DNA from: an uncultured Pseudomonadota bacterium
Lineage (GTDB): Bacteria; Pseudomonadota; Gammaproteobacteria; Steroidobacterales; Steroidobacteraceae
NCBI GenBank assembly: GCA_903858165.1
Contig: CAIOHZ010000223.1
Coordinates: forward strand, 25,184-89,183
Direction: 5' to 3'
DNA: 64,000 nucleotides
In this document: piece after piece, positions 30,139 to 38,597 of the stretch
How positions within the stretch are numbered: position 1 is the stretch's first letter
Layout: each line of letters opens with the position of its first letter
The notes under the pieces: model-generated
Told to the model about the DNA's origin: nothing
Database searches by the model: none
What the model saw: the letters and a program-made list of their open reading frames with translations, nothing else
Made by a program: the position numbers and the translations under genes

Positions 30139-31560
30139 TCAACCCGCCACGGCGCGCGCTCGCCTGGCAGCACCCCGACGCCACACCACGTAACCGAGGA
30201 CACTCCACCCCAGGATGACGTAGAGCTCCGATGGGAACGACTCGCCCGTATTCGAAAACATTCCAAACAGCGAGGTGCACACCAAGAGCAACGAGAGCAC
30301 GATGCCGCCATAAATCGTTGCGGTACCCCCTGGCACCTCGTAGGGCGCCCGCACCAGGTCCTGGCTACGGCGTCGTACGAGGCAGGCGATGCAAACGAAG
30401 AGAAATAGCAGCGTTACCACTAGACCTGCCACCGATACGATGGGCAGCAGGAGGGGACGACCGATCAACGCTCCGACCATACAGGCCAAGAACATCAACA
30501 GCACTGGCGCCACCCGACTCTGCTGAGGATCACGACGCAGGATCCATTTCCCATCAATCAGCCCTTCACTCGCCATTCCCTCGAGAACGCGAATACCTGC
30601 AAAAAATGTCGCATTCCAGACCGTCATTAGCCCGAGGAGCGCCATGATCAGCACCACATTGGTGATTGCACGCATCCCGAACGCCGCGTCAAACGCCTGC
30701 ACGGCTGGCAGATCGTAGCTGGCTAAACGCGCTGATGGCACCAAGCCGGCGACCACTACAATAATCAAGAGATAGAACAACATGGCCGAGAGAATAACGG
30801 CGATGAGGATGCGTCCCAGACGAGCATATTCCTGCGGCTTTGCCTCCCCTATTGCCTGAGTGATCATGCCGAAACCTGCAAAGTACAGCGGCGTGGAGCC
30901 CAGCAACACAAAAAAAGCCGCAAGGGATTGCGCTCCCTCTTTTGCACCGAATAGAGGCGCGAAATTTTCGAGATGCGACGCCTTTAATCCAAACCCAATA
31001 AACACGGCCGCAATGACAATTTTACCGATGGTCAGAAAATCCTGCAGTCGGCCTGCGGATTGCGCCCCACGATAATTGGTCAGCGCAATGGCAATGCTGA
31101 ATCCCAACCCCAGCAATACCGCCCCAAGATGAATGTCAGCGCCCCCCACCGAGTACAAGGTAGGACCCAACAGCCCAGAAAACATGGCCCCAATAATCCA
31201 GGACACAGAGACGGCTTCGAAACCAACGAGCGCCAGATACAACAGGACCAATCCCCAGCCAACTGCGTGCGCAGTGGCGGTGCCGAAAATGCGTTTCGCA
31301 AACACCAGTTCGCCACCAATCACTGGATAACGACTGGCCAGTTCGGCGTAGGAAAAGCCCACCACCAGCGCCTCAATGCCGCCGATAGCAAAAGCGACCG
31401 CAGCACCGGCGGGACCGGCCAGTAACAGCCAAGTTCCCACCAGAACGATCCAGCTCCCACCGATCGTCGCTCCGAATGCAAACGCATAGAGCTGCCATGC
31501 GCCGAGCAGGCGCGCGCCAACCCCGTCGCTGTTCACATTTCCAGTCGGTTCGCTGTTCAT
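30139..31560 (-). CDS. APC-superfamily amino-acid permease
   Basis: About 12 TM segments. ATG 31560 forms an ATGA overlap with the upstream gene's stop. The longest ORF starts at 31599. Confidence 0.8.
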   Translation of the reverse strand: MNSEPTGNVNSDGVGARLLGAWQLYAFAFGATIGGSWIVLVGTWLLLAGPAGAAVAFAIGGIEALVVGFSYAELASRYPVIGGELVFAKRIFGTATAHAVGWGLVLLYLALVGFEAVSVSWIIGAMFSGLLGPTLYSVGGADIHLGAVLLGLGFSIAIALTNYRGAQSAGRLQDFLTIGKIVIAAVFIGFGLKASHLENFAPLFGAKEGAQSLAAFFVLLGSTPLYFAGFGMITQAIGEAKPQEYARLGRILIAVILSAMLFYLLIIVVVAGLVPSARLASYDLPAVQAFDAAFGMRAITNVVLIMALLGLMTVWNATFFAGIRVLEGMASEGLIDGKWILRRDPQQSRVAPVLLMFLACMVGALIGRPLLLPIVSVAGLVVTLLFLFVCIACLVRRRSQDLVRAPYEVPGGTATIYGGIVLSLLLVCTSLFGMFSNTGESFPSELYVILGWSVLGYVVWRRGAARRARAVAG

Positions 31561-32396
31561 TGGCCGTACTCCTGGTGGGTTGACAGCTCTGAGAGCCAAC
31601 GTAGTGAATGGTTGGTGTCGGTGCTCGGCCTATATTCAGCCGCCATCCAATGTCGGTACTCGACGCGTACCAATTCACTCCAAATAGCCGTGAAGTCGAT
31701 AACTCCACTGCCTGGTTCTCCACGCCCTGGGGCGTCGGAGAACTGTAGATGGTCGATACGTCCAGCCCAGCGGGCAATCTCGCTACCTACGTCGCCGCCT
31801 GCCATCGCTTCGTGATAGCAGTCGAACTGCAAGCCAAGGCCCGGAGCGTCTGCATGGTCGATGGCGTCGACAGCCTCTGCCACGTTACCGATCAACATGC
31901 CGGGCGCATCGTGTCGGTTCACCGCTTCGACCAGCGGGCGGCATCCCACATCGCGCAGGCGGTGTGTGGCCAAGCGTAGATTGGCGTAAAACACTTCCAG
32001 ACACTGCTCACGCTCGGTTCCATCCGGCACACGGCTCTGGCCGATCTGTACGCAGGCGCCAGGCAAAGCCTCTCCCAGTTGGCAAGCCTGGTCTAGTGCA
32101 ACGGCGAACTCGCTCTGCCGTCCGGGTACCCCAATCAGGCCCACTCCACCCGTGAGCAAGTCGCCCGGCCAGGCATTGAACAGCGCCACCGCCACACCGG
32201 CGTCCCGTGCCACCGCCGCGATCACGGCGGGCGAATGCCCCTGCGCTGAATGAAACTCAATGGCTCCGAACCCAGCCAGACGAGCAGCCAGTGGTCGGTC
32301 TAAAAACGGGAGATCAGTGAAGAGCCAACTGATGTTAGCGCACAGTTTCAGCACGTCGGGCCCGCTCCGCGGCGCGGCAAGACGACCGTGAGGCAA
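31557..32396 (-). CDS. hydroxypyruvate-isomerase-like TIM-barrel protein (xylose isomerase-like fold)
   Basis: LKLCANISWLFTDLPFLDR N-terminus resembles Hyi. Also ...FDCYH...HLQFSD.PGRGEPG. An alternative GTG start is at 32354. Confidence 0.7.
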   Translation of the reverse strand: MPHGRLAAPRSGPDVLKLCANISWLFTDLPFLDRPLAARLAGFGAIEFHSAQGHSPAVIAAVARDAGVAVALFNAWPGDLLTGGVGLIGVPGRQSEFAVALDQACQLGEALPGACVQIGQSRVPDGTEREQCLEVFYANLRLATHRLRDVGCRPLVEAVNRHDAPGMLIGNVAEAVDAIDHADAPGLGLQFDCYHEAMAGGDVGSEIARWAGRIDHLQFSDAPGRGEPGSGVIDFTAIWSELVRVEYRHWMAAEYRPSTDTNHSLRWLSELSTHQEYGQ

Positions 32397-32411
32397 GCCG
32401 CGTTCACGTGC

Positions 32412-33395
32412 CTATCCCCACAGTGATGGTCGCAGACTGTGGACCTGATTCCCGTCATAGCGAAGGCCCTCTGCAATATCATTCGCTAATAACAGCGGCG
32501 CATCGAGATCTGCGAGGTCACAACGCTGGCCGAGAACAAACGCTGGGGCTATCGCCAAGGAGGTGCCCAGCATGCATCCGACCATGACTCCCATCTTCAT
32601 GCTCCTGGCGATAGACACCATACGCAGCGCTTCTGTCAGACCACCGGTCTTATCGAGCTTGAGATTCACCCACTGATATTTCGCTGACAGCCCGGCGAGG
32701 GAGTCGGAGGCCTGACAGGACTCGTCAGCACAGAAAGGGATCGGGCTGACGATGTCACGCAGCACATCATCTTGTCCGACCGGCAAGGGCTGCTCGATCA
32801 AGGACACTCCGAGACGTGCCAGTTCCTTGGGATACTCCTGCACCTGACGCTCTGACCACCCCTGATTCGCATCCACAATAATCCGTGCCAGAGGGTGTGC
32901 CGCCCGAACCGCACTGACCCGCTCCAGATCCCCGGCCCCGGCCAACTTTAGCTTGAGCAAATCGAGCCCGCGTACCGCCGCCACCCGGGCGCTAGCGGCC
33001 ATGGCCTCGGGTGTTCCAACGCCGATCGTATACGCGGTCGTCAACGGGCGGACAGTCGGCAGGCCAGCCAACACCCAGGCTCGCGTGCCCGTACGCTTTG
33101 ACTCTAGATCCCACAGCGCGCAATCCAGCGCATTACGGGCGCCTCCGGCCGGCAGCAATGCGCAGAGGGCTTCGCGACTGATGCCTCGCTCGAGCGCAGG
33201 GCGCACAGCTTCGATAGCACTCACCATCGTGTCGACGGTTTCCCCGCGATAGAAGATCCCGTTGCTCTCACCGCGACCGCGGAGGTTGCCGTCATGTATT
33301 TCAACGACCATGGTTTTCGCACAGGGAAATACGGCGTTTGAAATCCGCAACGGCGTCGCGAGATCCCAATCGGCCATGCGCACCTCAATGTCCAT
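32412..33395 (-). CDS. enolase-superfamily dipeptide epimerase / N-acyl-amino-acid racemase-like protein (DgcA-like)
   Basis: 327 aa with a KLKL... Lys pair, the metal ligands IIVDANQGW, LIEQP and CADES, and a second catalytic KLDKTGG. This is the MLE-subgroup AE-epimerase architecture. Confidence 0.8.
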   Translation of the reverse strand: MDIEVRMADWDLATPLRISNAVFPCAKTMVVEIHDGNLRGRGESNGIFYRGETVDTMVSAIEAVRPALERGISREALCALLPAGGARNALDCALWDLESKRTGTRAWVLAGLPTVRPLTTAYTIGVGTPEAMAASARVAAVRGLDLLKLKLAGAGDLERVSAVRAAHPLARIIVDANQGWSERQVQEYPKELARLGVSLIEQPLPVGQDDVLRDIVSPIPFCADESCQASDSLAGLSAKYQWVNLKLDKTGGLTEALRMVSIARSMKMGVMVGCMLGTSLAIAPAFVLGQRCDLADLDAPLLLANDIAEGLRYDGNQVHSLRPSLWG

Positions 33396-34416
33396 AAGCC
33401 AACTTCAGCGCCGTGACTAAGCGCGCTACACCGGTTCTGATCGGGTCCACGCACGGCAATCCGAGTTGCTGCTCGGTTTGCGCCAACACCTCGAGGGACG
33501 CGGTCGCACTGAGCTTGGAGGTATTTAATGCCACGCCAAGGAGCCGTGCCTGAGGATTCGTGAGCTGCGCGGCGCCCAGATAACTTGCCATCGCAGCCTC
33601 CAGCGAGGGAATACGAAAGCCAGGATAGCCCCCAATCTCGTGCCTCGTGGGATCGTGACAGAGCACTAATGCGTCTGGCTGAGATCCATGCACCAGAGCC
33701 AGTGTCACCCCCGCATATCCAGGATGGAACAGAGAGCCTTGGCCCTCAATGACGTCCCAGTGATTGGGCGCGTTGGCCGGCGACAAGCACTCCGCGGCCC
33801 CAGCAGCAAAGTCGACCACCACGGCATCGAGCGGTATGCCGCTGCCCGAGATCAAGATCCCCGTCTGTCCGGTCGCACGAAAGTCCGCGTCCAAGCCCTG
33901 CGCTTGCATCTCGCGCGCCAACGCCAATGCGGTGTACTTCTTGCCTAATGCGCAGTCAGTTCCGACCGTCAGTAAGCGATGACCGGAGCGCTTTTTCCCG
34001 GTGGCGACTGGATACGTCCGTCCGTTGTGGCGCACATCGTGGAGGTGCAACCCTAGCGCCTGCGAAAGTTCGCGCAGGAAGGGAGCATCCACGAGCCGCT
34101 GATGCATGCCTGACGCCACATGCAGGCCGGCGCGCATCGCTACAGCCAAATCGTCGATCCAGACCGCGGGCAAGCCGCCGCCGACCGACGCCACGCCAAT
34201 CACTAAGGTCTTCGCCCCCGCGAGGACGGCCTCGGCTGGCGTCATATCTGGCAATTGGGCGTCCACCACGCAACCGGCACGACGAAACTGCCCCACGCAA
34301 GCGCCGGGGAGCCAATCGCGCAGTCCAAAGGCCGTCTTCGCATACAAGTCGTTCGCGACGTCCCCGAGGTACAGTAGGTAGGGCTTTTCAATTTGCAATG
34401 GGGCGGCCGCATTCAT
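33385..34416 (-). CDS. DUF1611-family protein (DgcN-like putative D-amino-acid N-acetyltransferase)
   Basis: 343 aa with TVGTDCALGKKYTAL P-loop-like segment, ...IEGQGSL.HP.Y.GVTL.L.HG..P. Overlaps its neighbours by 4 and 11 nt. Confidence 0.7.
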   Translation of the reverse strand: MNAAAPLQIEKPYLLYLGDVANDLYAKTAFGLRDWLPGACVGQFRRAGCVVDAQLPDMTPAEAVLAGAKTLVIGVASVGGGLPAVWIDDLAVAMRAGLHVASGMHQRLVDAPFLRELSQALGLHLHDVRHNGRTYPVATGKKRSGHRLLTVGTDCALGKKYTALALAREMQAQGLDADFRATGQTGILISGSGIPLDAVVVDFAAGAAECLSPANAPNHWDVIEGQGSLFHPGYAGVTLALVHGSQPDALVLCHDPTRHEIGGYPGFRIPSLEAAMASYLGAAQLTNPQARLLGVALNTSKLSATASLEVLAQTEQQLGLPCVDPIRTGVARLVTALKLAYGH

Positions 34417-36290
34417 TTCATCTCTCCGTCGTCGCCTATCGGCGCGACCACCGGCACCGTGAGACTCGACACAAAAGCTTGCTCCCGGTGAATCTTGATC
34501 GTGGGGAACCCGCGCGTCGGATACCGATGAAACGCATCCTGGTCATGTCCGGCAATCGCCAGACGCAGCGAAAATCCCTGCGGAATCCTTACCGACGTCG
34601 GCAGCAAGGTGATAGCGATCTCGGCTACCTCGCCAGGGCGCAGCGGCATTGCATCCTGCCGCTTAAAGGTGTGATACGCCCCAAAGGTCGGATAAGGGCT
34701 AGGCGCCGAGGACACCCGTCGGTGGATCAAACGTAGCTGTCCCTCCGTGATCATATGCACGGCGCCTTGCGGAGACACGGCTTCCAGATACACGATGATG
34801 GCGCCATCCGGATGCGTCGAGGAAACTTGGAGCGTGACCGAGGGGTGGCCAGTGATCTCTGTAACGACCGCCAAGGGCGCGCTGGTGTAGGTCAACAACT
34901 TCTGATCCGCCAAACGCCGGTCGCCATAAATGACGTCGGGGCCACCCACCTGGGTAGCCCATCGCGAGTTCCGACCCGTCCGCGCCGAGTAATCTACCTT
35001 GTAGATGTCCGTGCCGCCGGCGCGCGTCGGCCCAACGCTCAGCAGACGTTGCTCGGGTCCGAGGTACCAGACCTGATCGGCAGTGCCCTTGGGCGGCCAC
35101 TGCTCGGTTTGCTTCCAGCGTTTCTCACCCATCGTGTAATAGCGGAGCACGGGTCGGCTGGAGCGGCTCACCGCGCTGGCGTTGAGGAAAGGCTGGAGGT
35201 AGTCAATCACGCCCTGAATCTGCGCCGGTACGCTCGGGGCTACTGGCGTGTCCGCGGGCGCAAAAATGTCCGCATCAAACGCGGCGCCGTGCGACCACGC
35301 GCCAATCACATACTCGCCGGCGCCCGCATCGCCCACGAAGCGCGCCAGTACCCCTGCTGCCGTACCCGCGTCCATCCAGCTGCCCCAGTGCAGCATGGGC
35401 AGTGATCTTCGCGTCGGATTCTGGAGAAACTGGTAGGGCGCCACCATGTGATCGCAGCGAGCAGACAAAGCCGCCGCAAATTTCAGATCGTCACGGAATT
35501 CGGCCTTCATGAGCCAACGCGAGACATCAAGGTTCGAATGGTGCTGCGCCACGGCAGCCTTCAATTGCTGGCCGTCAGTGTCGCCTTGCACCGGTTGCAC
35601 GCCGAGCAAACGCGGCCCAGTCGACTTGCCGCTACGCCATTCTCCCTGCGGCACTTCATTCCGGTCCAGCGCCTGAACCCCCGCGCCCCAGACACCACTG
35701 ATGAAGGCATTGCGCAACCCACCTGGGAACAGGATCGAGCTGTAAGCATCAAAATCGGTGAACAGCGCTACCGCCGCCACCAACGCCGACGAGGGAGCAA
35801 TCGCCGCTGCTTCCGCGGTATTTCCAGAGTACGACTCGCCGTACGTGGCCACCCGTCCATTAGACCAGGCCTGCGCCGCAACCCAATCAACGACCGGCCC
35901 GAAGTCGCGCACCTCACAGGTCGAAAACTCGGTGTCGCGACGACCGAAAGAGGCGCCGCTACCCCGCGCGTCGATGATCACCACCACAGCACCGGCGGCA
36001 GTCATGGCATCGATGACCGGATCGGCATCGCGTTGCGCAGGGTCGAAGGACCGAGATCGCCAGTACCGCGTGAAACTCACTACGGCCGGGACCTTGGTCT
36101 GCAGAGCGCTTTCCGGTGGCCACCAAAGATCGGCCGCCAGCCGCGTCCCATCCGGCATGGGGATGTAGACCGACCCCGGACGTGGAGCCGAAATCTCGGC
36201 GGCGCTCACGGATGCTAGTGAGAACACCGCGATGCTCAGAACGACTGCCGATGCCGCGCGGACGATCACAGACGAACGCGCCGCGCTCAT
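34413..36290 (-). CDS. secreted CocE/NonD-family hydrolase (peptidase S15, X-Pro dipeptidyl-peptidase-like)
   Basis: Signal peptide ...LASVSAAE, D.RG.G.S.G segment (IIDARGSGASFG), and nucleophile motif GESYSG. Confidence 0.8.
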   Translation of the reverse strand: MSAARSSVIVRAASAVVLSIAVFSLASVSAAEISAPRPGSVYIPMPDGTRLAADLWWPPESALQTKVPAVVSFTRYWRSRSFDPAQRDADPVIDAMTAAGAVVVIIDARGSGASFGRRDTEFSTCEVRDFGPVVDWVAAQAWSNGRVATYGESYSGNTAEAAAIAPSSALVAAVALFTDFDAYSSILFPGGLRNAFISGVWGAGVQALDRNEVPQGEWRSGKSTGPRLLGVQPVQGDTDGQQLKAAVAQHHSNLDVSRWLMKAEFRDDLKFAAALSARCDHMVAPYQFLQNPTRRSLPMLHWGSWMDAGTAAGVLARFVGDAGAGEYVIGAWSHGAAFDADIFAPADTPVAPSVPAQIQGVIDYLQPFLNASAVSRSSRPVLRYYTMGEKRWKQTEQWPPKGTADQVWYLGPEQRLLSVGPTRAGGTDIYKVDYSARTGRNSRWATQVGGPDVIYGDRRLADQKLLTYTSAPLAVVTEITGHPSVTLQVSSTHPDGAIIVYLEAVSPQGAVHMITEGQLRLIHRRVSSAPSPYPTFGAYHTFKRQDAMPLRPGEVAEIAITLLPTSVRIPQGFSLRLAIAGHDQDAFHRYPTRGFPTIKIHREQAFVSSLTVPVVAPIGDDGEMK

Positions 36291-37249
36291 ATGAGCGTGT
36301 TCTCGCTTCCCTTGGTGCGAAGGATCTCGCGTGCCTCTGCAGGCGTGGCCACTTCTAGCGACAGTTCCTCCAGAATGCGGTGAATACGTCGCACCTGAGC
36401 CGCGTTAGAAGGTGCCAGTTCGCCCGGACCGAGCCAAAGACTGTCCTCTAGCCCCACCCGGACGTGACCACCCAGTATGGCCGCCATCGTCACAATCGCC
36501 ATTTGGTTGGACCCCGCCGCCAAGCAGGACCACTCATAGTTATCGCCAAACAAATCGTCCGCCGTCTGCTTGGCGTGCAGCACATGCTTCGGGTTCGCGC
36601 CCAGCCCACCTGGAAATCCGAAAATGGACTGGATCAGTACCGGACCTTTGATCCAACCCTGATCCATAATAAATTTTAGCGTGTACAAATGGCCGATATC
36701 AAAGCATTCGAATTCAAAACGCACGCCGCGTTGATCGCCTAACTCCCGGGCGATGTACTCCATATTGTGGTAGTTGTTAATCATGGTGATCCCCTTGGTC
36801 GCCACCATGAACTGCCGTTCCCAGTCATATTTGTACTGACCTTCATAGCGGTCAGCATAGGCCCATAGGCCGGGATTAAATGGCCCCATATTGAACGAGC
36901 ACAGTTCAGGGGCGAACCGCATCGGGGCCGATAAGCGCCGGGTAAACATCGCCACCGGATCTGGATTCACCAGCGCCTCGCGGTCAGGCTGGCCCGTAGT
37001 GATATTGATAATCGCGTCGCAGCCTTCCTTGATTGGACGCAGAAACTTCGCGTAGACATCCGGATCGGTCGTTGGGAACCCATCCTTCGGATCCCGTGCA
37101 TGCAGATGAATGATCGCCGCCCCTGCATTGGCAGCCTCTATGGCCTGGGCGGCAATGTCCTCTGGCGTAATCGGCAAATACGGCGACATGCAAGGTGTGT
37201 GCGCTGCGCCGGTAATAGCACAGGTGATAATAACCTTTCGCTTTGCCAC
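36287..37249 (-). CDS. beta-keto acid cleavage enzyme (BKACE/DUF849, 3-keto-5-aminohexanoate cleavage family)
   Basis: VIITCAITGA...TPEDIA..A.EA..AGAAIIHLHARDP...VRVGLED signature. GTG 37249 is preceded by AGGGAG-N5. Confidence 0.85.
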   Translation of the reverse strand: MAKRKVIITCAITGAAHTPCMSPYLPITPEDIAAQAIEAANAGAAIIHLHARDPKDGFPTTDPDVYAKFLRPIKEGCDAIINITTGQPDREALVNPDPVAMFTRRLSAPMRFAPELCSFNMGPFNPGLWAYADRYEGQYKYDWERQFMVATKGITMINNYHNMEYIARELGDQRGVRFEFECFDIGHLYTLKFIMDQGWIKGPVLIQSIFGFPGGLGANPKHVLHAKQTADDLFGDNYEWSCLAAGSNQMAIVTMAAILGGHVRVGLEDSLWLGPGELAPSNAAQVRRIHRILEELSLEVATPAEAREILRTKGSENTLI

Positions 37250-37259
37250 GTTCACTCCC

Positions 37260-38597
37260 TTAGAGCGGCCGCATCGCATTGGCGACGACCGCATCGATTG
37301 ATTGCTCTAGCACCTCAACGAGGCGGTCTATTTCTTCGGTAGTAATGACGAACGCCGGCGCGATACAAATAACATCGCGATGCTCTCCAGTACCACCAAA
37401 GTAGAACAAAACCCCTCTCTCGACTCCCGCTCGAATGATGTCCAAGGTCACGCCAGCAGTCTCTGGGAACTGTTCCAAGGTGGTTTTGTTACGCACAATC
37501 TCCACCGCCCAGAGCAGGCCGCGACCACGCACCTCGGCCACCTGCGGATGTGCCCGAAGTCGGCTCAGCTTGTTAGCGAGGTACACGCCGAGTTGTGCCG
37601 CTCGCTCTACCAACGCTTCGCGTTCCAGAATCTCGAGTACCTTATCCGCCACGGCGCAGGCCGCCGGGTGACCGCCGAAGGTATGGAACATGATCGACTG
37701 ATTGGAGGCAAGCAGCGGCCCGATTACCCTTTGCGTCGTAATGAGAGCCGCCAGCGCGGCATAGCCGCCAGTGAACCCCTTCGCCACCAACACCATGTCG
37801 GGCTTGAGGTCCCAATGCTGAAAGGCGAACTTACGCCCCGTTCGACCAAATCCCGTAATCACCTCGTCTACGATCAGCAACACCTGATGCCGACGACAGA
37901 TCTCTTGCACCCGCGGCCAGTAATCATCGGGCGGCACCAAGGCACCACCGCTGGTACCGACAATGGGCTCAGCGATAAATGCCGCAATGCTATCGGCACC
38001 CTCCCGTTCGATGAGCGCCTCGAGGCCCTCAGCACATTGCAAGGAACAGCGCCTGGTCGACGCACAATGACGACACCGCAGCGGGTAACAGGCCGGTGCG
38101 AGAGGGACGGTGGAAAGCAGCGGCTCCAACCCACGCCGCCGTTGCGTATGCCCGGACACACCGAGGGCGCCGATGGTCACACCGTGATAGGATGCCTCAC
38201 GGCCGATAACCTTCCACTTGCCGGGCCGACCGGAGGCCAAGTGATGCTGTCGCGCCAGCCGAATCGCGGCATCCACCGCCTCTGACCCGCTATTGACGAA
38301 GTGAATACGGTGCAGCTCCGGTGGCAGCCATGCCTCGGTTAACCGTTGTACAAGACGTATGCGTTGCGGCGTCTGGACCGGCGGCAGAGCATGGGTGAGG
38401 CTCAGCAACGCCTTAGCCGCCACGTCAGCCACGTCCGCGCGACCGTACCCAATATTGGAGACGCAGGCCTGGCCGCCGGCATCAAGAATCCGCTGCCCGC
38501 CTGCCGTTACCAAATAGACACCATCGGCGCTCACGAGCCCGGGCAGGGCCGTGAACGGGATGGCTGGAAACCCATCAGCAGTCGATGCATCCGACAT
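37260..38597 (-). CDS. class-III (omega) PLP-dependent aminotransferase
   Basis: 445 aa with FVNSGSEAVDAAIRLAR, LIVDEVITGFGRTG and PLP-lysine VAKGFTGGY. Its start overlaps the TBDR stop (TAATG). Confidence 0.88.
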   Translation of the reverse strand: MSDASTADGFPAIPFTALPGLVSADGVYLVTAGGQRILDAGGQACVSNIGYGRADVADVAAKALLSLTHALPPVQTPQRIRLVQRLTEAWLPPELHRIHFVNSGSEAVDAAIRLARQHHLASGRPGKWKVIGREASYHGVTIGALGVSGHTQRRRGLEPLLSTVPLAPACYPLRCRHCASTRRCSLQCAEGLEALIEREGADSIAAFIAEPIVGTSGGALVPPDDYWPRVQEICRRHQVLLIVDEVITGFGRTGRKFAFQHWDLKPDMVLVAKGFTGGYAALAALITTQRVIGPLLASNQSIMFHTFGGHPAACAVADKVLEILEREALVERAAQLGVYLANKLSRLRAHPQVAEVRGRGLLWAVEIVRNKTTLEQFPETAGVTLDIIRAGVERGVLFYFGGTGEHRDVICIAPAFVITTEEIDRLVEVLEQSIDAVVANAMRPL

